Below, one piece after another: positions 31,424 through 41,434 of a DNA stretch of 64,000 nucleotides (position 1 is the stretch's first letter; each line of letters starts with the position of its first letter). Origin of the DNA: an uncultured delta proteobacterium (GTDB lineage: Bacteria; Desulfobacterota; Binatia; DP-6); the NCBI GenBank assembly GCA_963815115.1, contig CAWFFN010000009.1:1312001-1376000 (forward strand), in the 5' to 3' direction. The notes below the pieces were generated by a model. That model did not search any database and had not been told where the DNA came from. It worked only from the letters and a program-made list of their open reading frames with translations. The position numbers and the translations under genes are program-made.

Positions 31424-32176
31424 ATGCCAGCAGGGGCCGCGAACGTCTCCGAGCTGTTCGTCTCGTTCCAGGGCGAGGGGGCGCACGTCGGCCGCCGTCA
31501 GCTGTTCGTACGCTTTGCGGGGTGTCCGCTGCGCTGCCGCTGGTGCGACACGCCGGGGAGTCTGCTCCCGGTCGCCGAGTGCCGCGTGCTCGGCGTCGAC
31601 GGCGAGCGCCACCTGCCGAATCCGCTCTCGGCCGAGGCGCTGGACGCCCAGGTCGAGGCGCTGCGCACGTCCGCTCCGCCGCTACATGCGGTGGCCGTCA
31701 CCGGAGGCGAGCCGCTGGCCCAGGTCGAGTTCCTCGCAACCTGGCTCGAGCGACGACGGGACGATCTCCCGGTCCTGCTGGAGACCGCCGGCATCCTGCC
31801 TGCCCGTCTGGAGCGCGTCCTGCCATACGTCGCCATCGTGAGCCTCGACTTCAAGTGTCCGAGCAACACCGGCGAGCGGGCGTGCTGGGACGAGCACGAG
31901 GCCTGCCTGCGGCTTGCGGTCGCCGCCGGACGCGACGTCTACGTCAAGATGCCCGTCGACGAGACGACGGCCCCCGAGGACGTGGAGCGCGGCGCGCGGC
32001 TGGCCGCGGCCTCTGGCCCGGGCGCGCCGCTCTTCCTCACCCCGCTGACGGTGGCGGACGGGGTTTCGCTCCAGATCGGCGCGGCCGTGCTCGAACGGCT
32101 CCATGCGCTGGCGAGCCGCCATCATCCCGACGTCCGGGTCCTGCCACAGCTTCACAAAATCCTTGGCATCGCGTGA
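31424..32176 (+). CDS. queE: 7-carboxy-7-deazaguanine synthase (radical SAM)
   Basis: ELFVSFQGEG, FVRFAGCPLRCRWCDT, TGGEP, PQLHK. Confidence 0.88.
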   Translation: MPAGAANVSELFVSFQGEGAHVGRRQLFVRFAGCPLRCRWCDTPGSLLPVAECRVLGVDGERHLPNPLSAEALDAQVEALRTSAPPLHAVAVTGGEPLAQVEFLATWLERRRDDLPVLLETAGILPARLERVLPYVAIVSLDFKCPSNTGERACWDEHEACLRLAVAAGRDVYVKMPVDETTAPEDVERGARLAAASGPGAPLFLTPLTVADGVSLQIGAAVLERLHALASRHHPDVRVLPQLHKILGIA

Positions 32177-32206
32177 GTTGACGGGTCGGAAGCGGTTTGA
32201 CGCGCC

Positions 32207-32235
32207 GTGACAAAACGCACCGTGTCGGGTAGAAT
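32207..32235 (+). promoter_or_regulatory. Putative sigma70 promoter of glpD-nth
   Basis: GTGACA-N17-TAGAAT, 7 nt before the in-frame GTG at 32243. Confidence 0.5.
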
Positions 32236-32242
32236 CGATGAC

Positions 32243-33898
32243 GTGAAGGGTCCTGCCTGGCGACAGCTCGCGCTCGACGCCCTCGCACGAGAGCGCTTCG
32301 ACCTGCTGGTCATCGGAGGAGGAATCAACGGCGCGGGCATCGCGCGCGACGCCGCGCTCCGCGGCCTCCGGGTCGCCCTGGTCGAGCAGTCCGATTTCGC
32401 CTCCGGTACGTCGAGCCGCTCCTCGAAGCTGATCCACGGCGGGCTGCGTTACCTCGAGCAGGGCGAGGTGCGGCTCGTGCTCGAGTCGACCCGGGAGCGC
32501 GAGCGGTTGCGTCGCCTGGCGCCGCACCTGGTGCGCCCGATGCGCTTCGTCTACCCGATCTACACCGGCGCCCCGGTGAGCCGCTGGAAGCTCGCGGCCG
32601 GGCTATGGGCCTACGATCTGCTGGCGGGCCTGCGCAGCGTCCGCCGCCACCGCATGTTGAGCGCCGAGCGCGTCCGCGGTACCGAGCCCGCGTTACGGAG
32701 CGAGGAGCTCCTGGGCGCGGGGGAGTACTGGGACTGCTGGACCGACGATGCCCGGCTCGTGCTGGAGACCATGCTCTCGGCGCGCAGCGAGGGCGCCATC
32801 GTCGTCTCGTACGCCCGTGTCGTCGGGATCACCAAGGAAGCCGGGCACGTGACCGGGGCGCGCGTGGCCGACTGCCTCGGCGGCGGCGAGCTCACCGTGC
32901 GTGCGCGTGCCGTGGTCAACGCGGCGGGACCGTGGATGGACGCGGTGAGCGACCTCGACGAGCCCGCCCCGCCGCGGCTCCGCCCCACCAAGGGCGTGCA
33001 TGTCGTCGTGCCGCGCCACCGGATCGGGCACGAAGCCGCGGTCGTGCTGCACGCGGTGCAGGATGGAAGGGTGATGTTCGTCATCCCGTGGGACGAGTGC
33101 TCGCTGGTCGGGACCACCGATACCGACCATCCCGGCGGCGCCGCGGTCCCTCCCACCGTGGAGCGCGAGGACGTGGCGTACCTGCTCGACACCGTGAATC
33201 ACTACTTCCCGGCGGCCCGGCTGACCTCGGCCGACGTGGTGAGCGCGTTCGCCGGTCTTCGACCGCTGGTCGCTCCCCCTCCCGGAAAGGAAGAGTCGCC
33301 CTCCGACGTGTCGCGCGAGGAGGAGATCTTCGTCTCCCGCGCGGGGCTGATCTCGGTCGCGGGCGGGAAGCTCACCACCTACCGGCTGATCTCCGCCGAG
33401 GTGGTCGATCACGTCCGCGACCGCCTCGTGCGAACCGTCGACGGTCGCGAGATCGGCCGCTCGCGAACCGCGGATCTGCCGCTGCCCGGCGGATCGACGC
33501 CGCCCGAGACCCTGGCCGCCGTCGCGGCTTCGCGCGACGGCCACGGCGTGGCCCGCGACGTGATCGATCACCTGGCCGGGCGCTACGGCAGCCGCCTGGC
33601 GACGGTGCTCGGAATGGTGGCCAGCGACCGCACGCTCGGGGCGCCCGTGCTGCCCGCGCAGCCCGACCCGCGCGCCGAGGTCGTGGCCGCGGTCGAGGGG
33701 GAGCTCGCCCTCACCCTCGAGGACGTGCTGCGCCGCCGCACCCAGCTGGCGCTGTTCGATTCCTCCGGCGGCTCGGCGGCTGCCGACGAGGTGGCAGGGC
33801 TGATGGCCGAGCGGCTCGGATGGAGCCCGGATGACGCCCGTGCCGCCGCGAGTGCCTACGTCGAGGCGGTCCGCGAGGACCAGCGCCGGTGGCGCTGA
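32243..33898 (+). CDS. glpD: FAD-dependent glycerol-3-phosphate dehydrogenase
   Basis: IGGGING, GTSSRSSKLIHGGLRYL, DDARL, GLRPL, GGKLTTYR; start 32207 or 32243. Confidence 0.93.
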   Translation: MKGPAWRQLALDALARERFDLLVIGGGINGAGIARDAALRGLRVALVEQSDFASGTSSRSSKLIHGGLRYLEQGEVRLVLESTRERERLRRLAPHLVRPMRFVYPIYTGAPVSRWKLAAGLWAYDLLAGLRSVRRHRMLSAERVRGTEPALRSEELLGAGEYWDCWTDDARLVLETMLSARSEGAIVVSYARVVGITKEAGHVTGARVADCLGGGELTVRARAVVNAAGPWMDAVSDLDEPAPPRLRPTKGVHVVVPRHRIGHEAAVVLHAVQDGRVMFVIPWDECSLVGTTDTDHPGGAAVPPTVEREDVAYLLDTVNHYFPAARLTSADVVSAFAGLRPLVAPPPGKEESPSDVSREEEIFVSRAGLISVAGGKLTTYRLISAEVVDHVRDRLVRTVDGREIGRSRTADLPLPGGSTPPETLAAVAASRDGHGVARDVIDHLAGRYGSRLATVLGMVASDRTLGAPVLPAQPDPRAEVVAAVEGELALTLEDVLRRRTQLALFDSSGGSAAADEVAGLMAERLGWSPDDARAAASAYVEAVREDQRRWR

Positions 33899-34557
33899 AC
33901 GTCGCGCGCGAGACCAAGGCAGCCCGAAAGATCCGGGCCCGGGTGATCGCCCGGGGGCTCGCCCGTGCCTATCCGGACGCCTGGTGCGAGCTCGACTATC
34001 GCAATGCCTGGGAGCTGGTCGTCGCCACCATCCTGTCGGCGCAGTGCACCGACAAGATGGTCAACCGGGTGACTCCGGCCCTGTTCGCCGCGTTTCCCAA
34101 GCCTGCCGCCCTGGCCGCGGCCGATCCGGCTCGTGTCGAGGCGCTCATCAAGCCGACGGGCTTCTTCCGCCAGAAGACCCGCGCCATCCAGAGGGTCGCG
34201 CGCGCCATAGCGGAGGAGCATGGCAACAAGGTCCCGAACACCATGGAGGCCCTGGTGGCCCTGCCCGGGATCGGGCGGAAGACGGCCAACGTCGTCCTCG
34301 GCACGGCATTCGGGCAGCCCGCCCTCTTCGTGGACACGCACGTGAGACGGCTGGCGAACCGCCTCGGCCTGACCGTGCAGGACGATCCCGATCGGATCGA
34401 GCGCGATCTCCAGGAGCTCCTTCCGCCGAAGGACTGGACCCTGTTCGCCCACCGGCTGATCCACCACGGCCGGCGCGTGTGCGCAGCGCGCACGCCACGC
34501 TGTGGCGAGTGCCAGGTGGCGCGCTGGTGTCCCCGGATCGGCGTCGACCGGGCCTAG
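33889..34557 (+). CDS. nth: Endonuclease III
   Basis: LSAQCTD, HhH LPGIGRKTANV, VDTH, C-X6-C-X2-C-X5-C Fe-S motif. Confidence 0.96.
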   Translation: MALNVARETKAARKIRARVIARGLARAYPDAWCELDYRNAWELVVATILSAQCTDKMVNRVTPALFAAFPKPAALAAADPARVEALIKPTGFFRQKTRAIQRVARAIAEEHGNKVPNTMEALVALPGIGRKTANVVLGTAFGQPALFVDTHVRRLANRLGLTVQDDPDRIERDLQELLPPKDWTLFAHRLIHHGRRVCAARTPRCGECQVARWCPRIGVDRA

Positions 34558-34653
34558 CCACTCCGCGACACGCCCCCCCGTTCCGATCCGTCCATTCACT
34601 ACCCAGGATCCGCGCCGGAAGGCGTTGGGGCGAACGACCGTTTGGATTTTTCT

Positions 34654-34683
34654 TGACAACCGTTCGCAGTTGACGTTACGGTG
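34654..34683 (+). promoter_or_regulatory. Putative sigma70 promoter of thrB-metF-folE
   Basis: T-rich tract then TTGACA-N18-TACGGT. Confidence 0.5.
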
Positions 34684-34738
34684 CCTAGCCCGATTTGAAC
34701 GAAATTCCAGCAGGTTACGCAGAAGAAGCGGAGAAACG

Positions 34739-35779
34739 ATGGCCGTCTACACGCAACTCAAAAAATCCGAGCTCGCCGATATCGTGGAGGACTACGGACT
34801 CGTGAAGCTCGTTGCCGCGTCGGGAATCCCGACCGGCTCAGTCAACACGAACTACTGCCTCGAGACCGCCCGCGGCCGCCATCTGCTCCGCATCGACGAG
34901 GTCAAGGGCGAGCTCGACGTGAAACGCGAACTCGACTTCCTGGTCTATCTCCGCAAGCACGGCTTCCCCTGCCCGCAGCCGATCGCCGATCGCAAGGGAC
35001 GCTGGTACCGGGAGAGCGCCGGCAAGTGTCTGTCCCTCTACCGCTGGCTCGACGGCCAGCTCGTGCCCGCCGACCGTCTCGGCGCCCCGCGCCTCGAGAC
35101 CGTCGGGCGCGCGCTCGCCGACCTGCATCTCATCGGCAAGAGCTACAAGAAGGGCATCGAGAACCGCTTCACGTACGAGCGCGTGTCCCAGCTCTACGCC
35201 GAGGTGCGCGAGCGCCTGCCTCCCTACTTTCACAAGATGGTGCGAACCCTCGACGACGAGGTCGCCTACCTCCAGCACTACCTCGAGAACAAGCTGCCGA
35301 GGGGGGTCATCCACGGCGACCTGTTCCACGACAACCTGCTCTTCAAGGGCGAGAAGCTCGTCGCCATCCTGGACTTCGAGGCTGCGTGTCGCGGGAAGTT
35401 CATCTTCGACCTCGCGACGGCGGTGAATGCGCTCTGTTTCGACGGCGAGCGCTACGTCCTCAAGCGCTTCGAGCCGCTCATCACCGGCTACGAATCGCTG
35501 CGCCCGCTCTCGCTCGCCGAGTGGGATGCGTTCCCGAACGAGCTCCGGCTGTCCGCCTTCCGGTTCACGGTCACCCGCCTGCGCGATTTCCTCCTCCGCC
35601 CGATGGACGCGAGCCTCCGGACCGACAAGGACTTCCGGGAGTTCTACGAGCGCCTGCGCATCCTGCGCCGTGAGCGCGACGGCGGCATGGATACGTTGCT
35701 CATGGCCATGGCGACCGGCTACGACTACCGGAAGTACCAGCGGGTGAAGGCGCTGGAGAAGAAGCGCTCATCCAGCTAA
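34739..35779 (+). CDS. thrB: Homoserine kinase type II (APH-like) with a C-terminal extension
   Basis: MAVYT, GSVNTNY, IHGDLFHDN, LDF, RFTVTRL. Confidence 0.85.
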   Translation: MAVYTQLKKSELADIVEDYGLVKLVAASGIPTGSVNTNYCLETARGRHLLRIDEVKGELDVKRELDFLVYLRKHGFPCPQPIADRKGRWYRESAGKCLSLYRWLDGQLVPADRLGAPRLETVGRALADLHLIGKSYKKGIENRFTYERVSQLYAEVRERLPPYFHKMVRTLDDEVAYLQHYLENKLPRGVIHGDLFHDNLLFKGEKLVAILDFEAACRGKFIFDLATAVNALCFDGERYVLKRFEPLITGYESLRPLSLAEWDAFPNELRLSAFRFTVTRLRDFLLRPMDASLRTDKDFREFYERLRILRRERDGGMDTLLMAMATGYDYRKYQRVKALEKKRSSS

Positions 35780-35788
35780 AGCGACCGC

Positions 35789-36664
35789 GTGCAGATCAAG
35801 GAGCTGTTCGGCCGGGGACGCCCCATCGTCTCGTTCGAGTTCTTCCCGCCGCGCACCCCCGAGGGCGAAGCGGCGCTGTTGCGCACCCTAGAGGCGCTGC
35901 GGCCCCTGGCTCCCTCCTTCGTCTCCGTGACGCGCACCGGCGGCAAGCCACGCGAAGCGCCGGTCGAGATCGTCGAGCGCATCAAGCGGCTCGGCATCGA
36001 GGGCGCGGTGCACGTCACCGCGATCGAGGCCACCCGCGAGGAGATCGCGCGCCACTGCGAGCTGGTCGTGTCGCGCGGGATCGAGAACCTGGTCACCATC
36101 CGTGGCGACGTCCCGGCGGATACGTCCTTCCGGGCCCCGGCCGACGGGTTCCGCTACGGCGTCGACCTCGTCCGCTTCATCCGCGAGCGCGGGTATCCGC
36201 TCTGCCTCATCGGCGGCGGCCATCCCGAGGGTCATCCGGAGTGCCGCGACCTGGACCTCAGCATCCAGCATCTCAAGATGAAGGTCGACGCGGGACTCGA
36301 CGTCGTCATCACCCAGCTGTTCTACGACAACGAGTTCTACTTCCGCTTCGCCGAGCGGGCGCGGCGCGCCGGCATCACCGTGCCCCTCGTCGCCGGTATC
36401 ATGCCGATCACCAACGCCCGACAGATCCAGCGCATCACGCAGCTGTCGGGCAACGCGGTGCCGCCCGGGCTCGCGGCCGCCCTCGAGCGTGCGGGCGACG
36501 ATGCGAAGGCCGGGCTGGCGCTCGGCGTCGAGTACGGCACGCGCCAGTGCGCGGAGCTCCTGCGGGCCGGTGCGCCCGGCATCCACTTCTACACGCTCAA
36601 CCAATCGCCGGCGACGCGCGCGATCTTCGAGAACCTGCGACGGGATCGACTGGTGGGTAGCTGA
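35789..36664 (+). CDS. metF: 5,10-methylenetetrahydrofolate reductase
   Basis: [34 protein letters not shown]. Confidence 0.95.
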   Translation: MQIKELFGRGRPIVSFEFFPPRTPEGEAALLRTLEALRPLAPSFVSVTRTGGKPREAPVEIVERIKRLGIEGAVHVTAIEATREEIARHCELVVSRGIENLVTIRGDVPADTSFRAPADGFRYGVDLVRFIRERGYPLCLIGGGHPEGHPECRDLDLSIQHLKMKVDAGLDVVITQLFYDNEFYFRFAERARRAGITVPLVAGIMPITNARQIQRITQLSGNAVPPGLAAALERAGDDAKAGLALGVEYGTRQCAELLRAGAPGIHFYTLNQSPATRAIFENLRRDRLVGS

Positions 36665-36711
36665 GGGCGGTCGCCTTGCCCCGGAAAACCCCATCCGTTA
36701 GAGCCCCGGAC

Positions 36712-37272
36712 ATGGCGCACGACGATCTCGAGACGCACGTGTCGGCGATCCTGCGCGCCATCGACCCCGAGCCCGGGCGCGAAGGCCTCGAGCGTACGCC
36801 CGAGCGGGTGGCACGCGCGCTCACCTACCTGACACGCGGCTACCAGGAGGACCCGCGCAGCGTCATCAACGGGGCGCTCTTCACCGAGCCCTACTCGGAG
36901 ATGATCGTGGTGAGCGACATCGACTTCTTCTCGCTCTGCGAGCATCACATCCTCCCCTTCTTCGGCAAGGCGCACGTCGCCTACATCCCGCGCGAGCGCA
37001 TCGTGGGCATCAGCAAGCTCGCCCGCCTGGTCGAGGTGTTTGCCCGGCGGCTTCAGGTCCAGGAGCGCATGACGACGCAGATCGCGACGACCGTCCAGGA
37101 TCAGCTCGATCCGCTCGGCGTCGCCGTGGTCCTCGAGGCCGAGCACCTCTGCATGCGCATGCGGGGTGTCGAGAAGCAGAACTCCCGCGTCACCACGAGT
37201 GCGATGCTCGGTAGCTTCCAGACGAACCAGAAGACGCGCGAGGAGTTCATGACGCTGATCACGCGGCGGTGA
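36712..37272 (+). CDS. folE: GTP cyclohydrolase I
   Basis: [43 protein letters not shown]. Confidence 0.97.
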   Translation: MAHDDLETHVSAILRAIDPEPGREGLERTPERVARALTYLTRGYQEDPRSVINGALFTEPYSEMIVVSDIDFFSLCEHHILPFFGKAHVAYIPRERIVGISKLARLVEVFARRLQVQERMTTQIATTVQDQLDPLGVAVVLEAEHLCMRMRGVEKQNSRVTTSAMLGSFQTNQKTREEFMTLITRR

Positions 37273-37760
37273 CGCGCACGCTGGCGGCCCGCTCGCTCGA
37301 GCTGCTCGGTCCGGTCGAGGGTCGCGTCGCCGTGCTCGGATCCCGCCCGCGGCGGCTGGCGGCGGCGCTCGAGGAACGCGTGGCGCTCGCCGGCGTCGAC
37401 GAGGCGGCCGCCGCGGCGGTGGTCACCTTCCTCGGTGCGAGCGCCGTCCCCGCCGAGCGGCAAGCGCTGCTGGCGTCGCTCGCAGGCCAGCTCCCGGGCG
37501 GGGCGCCGGTGGTGCTGCTCGATCACAACCAGCCGCGGACCTGGTGGCGCCGCGCGCTCGGCGTCGCGACGCTCGCGCTGCGCGGACTCGGGCCGGCACG
37601 GGCACGCTACCCGGCCGCCCGCGAGCTGGCGGTGCTGGGGCTGGAGGTCGAGCGCCTCCGGCTCGCGCGCGGCGAACGAGTCCAGCTCGTGGCGGCGCGA
37701 TGGCGGCCGCGGACGCGTCCGGACGGCGCCGAGCTTGTGGTCCCCCCGGGGAGTCAGTAG
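37269..37760 (+). CDS. Hypothetical protein resembling the C-terminal half of a class I methyltransferase
   Basis: Start overlaps the folE stop (GTGA); [15 protein letters not shown] resembles the LxPGGxxxxxD motif; no GxGxG. Confidence 0.55.
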   Translation: MTRTLAARSLELLGPVEGRVAVLGSRPRRLAAALEERVALAGVDEAAAAAVVTFLGASAVPAERQALLASLAGQLPGGAPVVLLDHNQPRTWWRRALGVATLALRGLGPARARYPAARELAVLGLEVERLRLARGERVQLVAARWRPRTRPDGAELVVPPGSQ

Positions 37761-37779
37761 AAGGCGCGGAGCGCGGAAG

Positions 37780-38949
37780 ATGGCGGTGCGGAGTTCCGGC
37801 GAGCGGCGGGCCCAGGCCGCGAAGGGTGACCGGCTGGCGGTCGCGCGCGGGCCCGACGGGGCGCTGATCGTCCGGCTCGCGGGTGCCTGGTCGCTGGAGC
37901 ACGGCCTCCCCGATACCGCGCCGGTGGAGGAGGCGCTGGCCGCCGACCCGCCGCCGCGCACCGTCAGGTTCGACACCGAGGGGCTCGACCGCTGGGACTC
38001 CGGGGTGCTGGCGATCATCGCCAAGCTGGACGACCTCGCCCACCGCCGCAAGGTGGACGTCGATCGCAACGGCTTGCCGCCCGGCCTGCAGCGCCTGCTC
38101 ACCCTCGCCGGCACCGTGTCGGAGAAGCAGGGGGCGCAGCAGCCCCCCGGGCACGTCTCGCGGCTCGCCCGGCTCGGTGCCGGCGCGCTGGCCGCCTGGG
38201 CGGCGACGCTGAGCGCGCTGGCGTTTCTCGGGGAGGCGACCCTCTCCTTCGGGCGGCTGGTGACGCGCCGGGCGCGCTTCCGCTGGCGCGATCTCGGCGT
38301 GATCGTCCAGGAGTGCGGCGCGCAGGCCCTGCCCATCGTCACCCTGATCAACTTCCTGGTCGGCATGATCATCGCGTTCGTCGGCGCCGTGCAGCTCAAG
38401 AAGTTCGGCGCCAGCATCTACATCGCCGATCTGGTGGCGATCGCGACGGCGCGCGAGCTCGGCTGCCTCATGACCGCGGTCATCATGTCCGGGCGCACCG
38501 GCTCGGGGTTCGCCGCCCAGCTGGGCACCATGCAGGTGAACCAGGAGATCGAGGCGCTCGAGACCATGGGCGTGTCGCCGATGGACTTCCTGGTGCTGCC
38601 CCGCATCCTGGCGCTGGTGCTGATGATGCCGCTGCTCTGCATCTACGCCGACGTCGTCGGGATGCTCGGGGGCGCGTTCGTCGCCGTCGGCATGCTCGAC
38701 ATCACCGCGACGCAGTTCTGGCTCGAAGGCAAACGCGCGATCACGCTCACCGACCTCGGCCTGGGCGTCAGCAAGAGCCTCGTCTTCGGCGTCATCATCG
38801 CGATCGCCGGCTGCATGCAGGGGATGCACGCGGGCCGCAACGCCGCGGCCGTGGGTCAGGCCGCCACCTCGGCGGTCGTCCTCAGCATCGTGTGGATCGT
38901 CGTGGCGGACGGTCTCTTCGCGGTCCTGTGCAACGCACTCGGGATCTGA
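37780..38949 (+). CDS. mlaE: MlaE-family ABC permease with N-terminal STAS-like domain
   Basis: WDSG, RELG, GRTGSGFAAQLGTM, EIEAL, VLPR, VGQAATSAVV. Confidence 0.9.
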   Translation: MAVRSSGERRAQAAKGDRLAVARGPDGALIVRLAGAWSLEHGLPDTAPVEEALAADPPPRTVRFDTEGLDRWDSGVLAIIAKLDDLAHRRKVDVDRNGLPPGLQRLLTLAGTVSEKQGAQQPPGHVSRLARLGAGALAAWAATLSALAFLGEATLSFGRLVTRRARFRWRDLGVIVQECGAQALPIVTLINFLVGMIIAFVGAVQLKKFGASIYIADLVAIATARELGCLMTAVIMSGRTGSGFAAQLGTMQVNQEIEALETMGVSPMDFLVLPRILALVLMMPLLCIYADVVGMLGGAFVAVGMLDITATQFWLEGKRAITLTDLGLGVSKSLVFGVIIAIAGCMQGMHAGRNAAAVGQAATSAVVLSIVWIVVADGLFAVLCNALGI

Positions 38950-38950
38950 G

Positions 38951-39736
38951 ATGGCGGAGGAGGCCAAGGAAGACCGGATCACGGTGCGCGATCTCACGAT
39001 GGCCTTCGGCGACTTCGTCGTGATGCGCGACCTCGACTTCACCGTGAAGCGGGGCAGCATCTTCTTCATCATGGGTGGCAGCGGCTGCGGCAAGAGCACG
39101 CTGCTGCGGCACATGATCGGGTTGAACGAGCCGGCGAAAGGCGAGGTCCTCTACGACGACGTGAACTTCACCCAGGCGTCGCCGGAGGAGCGCGAGCAGA
39201 TGCGCCGGCGCTTCGGCGTGCTGTATCAGAGCGGGGCGCTGTGGAGCTCCATGACGCTGGCGGAGAACATCGGCCTGCCGCTGGGAGAGTTCACCGAGCT
39301 GTCGCCGGCGGAGATCGACGAGGTCGCCGCGCTGAAGCTCGCGCTCGTGGGCCTGCGCGGCTTCGAGGACTACTTTCCGTCCGAGATCAGCGGCGGCATG
39401 CAAAAGCGGGCCGGCCTGGCGCGCGCCATGGCGCTCGACCCCGACATCCTCTTCCTCGACGAGCCCTCCGCCGGCCTGGACCCCATCACCTCGCGGCTCC
39501 TCGACGAGCTCATCGTCGGGCTGCGTGACAGCCTCGGGGCCACGATCGTGGTCGTCTCGCACGAGCTCGCGAGCATCCTGTCGATCGGCGACGACTCCAT
39601 CTTCCTCGACACCGAGACGCGCACGATGGGGGCGCGCGGCAAGCCGAGCGAGCTGCTCGAGCACTCCGACAATCCCAACGTGCGGCGCTTCCTCACGCGC
39701 AGCGCCGAAGAGTCGTCGGGAGGCAAGGCGGCGTGA
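38951..39736 (+). CDS. mlaF: MlaF-family ABC ATPase
   Basis: GGSGCGKS, ISGGMQKR, DEPSAGLDP. Confidence 0.92.
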   Translation: MAEEAKEDRITVRDLTMAFGDFVVMRDLDFTVKRGSIFFIMGGSGCGKSTLLRHMIGLNEPAKGEVLYDDVNFTQASPEEREQMRRRFGVLYQSGALWSSMTLAENIGLPLGEFTELSPAEIDEVAALKLALVGLRGFEDYFPSEISGGMQKRAGLARAMALDPDILFLDEPSAGLDPITSRLLDELIVGLRDSLGATIVVVSHELASILSIGDDSIFLDTETRTMGARGKPSELLEHSDNPNVRRFLTRSAEESSGGKAA

Positions 39737-40707
39737 GCAGGAGCAAGCGCGCCAGTCCGACCCTGGTCGGGGCCTTCGTCCTCGGCGCGATCGCGATCGC
39801 GCTGGCCGGCCTCGCCGTCTTCGGCTCGGGCAAGCTCTTCCGGCGGACGTCGCAGTTCGTGATGGTGTTCGGCGGCTCGGTGAACGGCCTCAGCATCGGG
39901 GCGCCGGTCAAGTTCCGCGGCGTCCAGGTCGGGTCCGTCACCCAGATCCTGCTCTCGCTCCCCGGCATGACGCTGCCCGACCTGCGCATTCCCGTCTTCA
40001 TCGAGATCGACCAGGATCTGGTGTCGAAGCTCGGCGGCATGATCAACCCGGCGGAGCCGACCAGCTTCGCCGCGCTCATCGACCAGGGCCTGCGGGCGCA
40101 GCTCCAGCTCGAGAGCATCGTCACCGGCGTGCTGTTCGTCGAGCTCGACCTGTTTCCGGACTCCCAGGTGAACCTCTTCTTGCCCAAGGAGAGCGGCTAC
40201 CTCGAGATCCCGACGCAGCCGACGCTGCTGCAAGAGGCCAGCCAGACGGGTGCCGATCTGATCGCGAAGCTGCGCGACGTCGACTTCGACGGCCTGGTCA
40301 CCTCCATCCGGGACGCCGCGCGCAGCGTCGGCGAGCTGGCGGGTTCGCCCGAGCTGCGCCAGACGCTGACCGCTGCGCGCGAGGCCATGGTGTCGGCTCG
40401 CGACACGCTGGGCGAGATCAGACCGCGCATCCCGCAGTTCGCGACCGGCGTCGACTCGGCGTCGAACCGGCTGCAGGGCTCGCTCAAGCGCTTCGACACG
40501 ACTCTCGGCTCCCTCGACACGGCGCTGGGTTCCCTCGACGCAACGCTGGGCTCGGTGAACCGACTGGTCGATCCGCGCGCGCCCCTGGTGTACCAGCTCA
40601 CCACCACGCTGGGAGACCTGGGCGCGGCGGCGAAGTCGGTGCGCGAGCTGGCGGACTACCTGGACCGCAATCCGAGCGCCATCATCACCGGCCGCTCGCC
40701 GCGCTGA
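39733..40707 (+). CDS. MCE/MlaD (PqiB-like) protein
   Basis: N-terminal TM, GLSIGAPVKFRGVQVG, helical tail ending RELADYLDRNPSAIITG. Confidence 0.9.
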   Translation: MSRSKRASPTLVGAFVLGAIAIALAGLAVFGSGKLFRRTSQFVMVFGGSVNGLSIGAPVKFRGVQVGSVTQILLSLPGMTLPDLRIPVFIEIDQDLVSKLGGMINPAEPTSFAALIDQGLRAQLQLESIVTGVLFVELDLFPDSQVNLFLPKESGYLEIPTQPTLLQEASQTGADLIAKLRDVDFDGLVTSIRDAARSVGELAGSPELRQTLTAAREAMVSARDTLGEIRPRIPQFATGVDSASNRLQGSLKRFDTTLGSLDTALGSLDATLGSVNRLVDPRAPLVYQLTTTLGDLGAAAKSVRELADYLDRNPSAIITGRSPR

Positions 40708-40717
40708 GGAGCTCCGG

Positions 40718-41332
40718 ATGCTCGCCCGTCGCCTGCCCCGCCGCGCTCTTCCGGCCGTGGTCGCCTTCGCAGCGATCGCGGGATGCGGCCTCCTGGCGTC
40801 GCCCAAGCCCGACAAGACGCGCTTCTACACCCTCGCCACGCCGGCGCCCGAAGGAGGACGCGGCGGGAGCAGCTCCCTGGCCGTCGGGCTGGGGCCGAAC
40901 ACCTGGCCCGGATATCTCGACCGGCCGCAGCTGGTGATCCGCCTCGACGAGGAGCGCATCGTGCTGGCGCCATCGGAGCGGTGGGCCGAGCCGCTGCGCA
41001 CCCAGTTCGAGCGCGGCCTCTCGTACCACCTGATGAACGTGCTCGGCACCGACGACGTGGTCGTCTTCCCCTGGTGGCCGGCACGCCGCGTCGACGTGAT
41101 CGTCGAGGTCAACGTGCGCGCCTTCGAGGCTGCCTCGGACGGCTTCGCCCACCTCGACGCGCTCTGGACGGTGAAGGAAGCGCACCGCGACAACGCGCTC
41201 CAGACCGGGCAGCGCAGCGTCCGGGAGCCCATCAGCCCGGGCGGTACGGAGCAAGCCGTGGCGGCGCTGGGTCGTGCGCTGGGACAGCTCGGCGACGCCA
41301 TCGCCGACGACGTCCGGCGCGAGTCGCGCTAG
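40718..41332 (+). CDS. PqiC-family auxiliary lipoprotein
   Basis: Lipobox IAGC, RFYTL, YLDRPQLV, RWAEPL. Confidence 0.88.
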   Translation: MLARRLPRRALPAVVAFAAIAGCGLLASPKPDKTRFYTLATPAPEGGRGGSSSLAVGLGPNTWPGYLDRPQLVIRLDEERIVLAPSERWAEPLRTQFERGLSYHLMNVLGTDDVVVFPWWPARRVDVIVEVNVRAFEAASDGFAHLDALWTVKEAHRDNALQTGQRSVREPISPGGTEQAVAALGRALGQLGDAIADDVRRESR

Positions 41333-41434
41333 GCACCCGCGTCCCGCTCCGGTCCGTCATTCGCCGCCGGATGGCCGTTGGACTTGTAGAGCGGCCAGGA
41401 ACGAAGCTACAGGATCGGCTTCGGAGCTAGCGAG

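Noticed and set aside
34558-34738. Possible SAM/SAH riboswitch upstream of thrB-metF
   Set aside because: No SAM-I, SAM-II or SAH consensus recognisable by eye; the region is largely explained by a promoter.
31424-37272. queE plus folE as a 7-deazaguanine DNA modification (dpd) system
   Set aside because: No dpdA/tgt-like, queC or queD genes in the window; both fit ordinary queuosine and folate synthesis.
40490-40560. Imperfect 21-nt repeats in the MCE gene (TLGSLD units)
   Set aside because: Heptad coiled-coil repeats are normal in MCE/MlaD helical regions.
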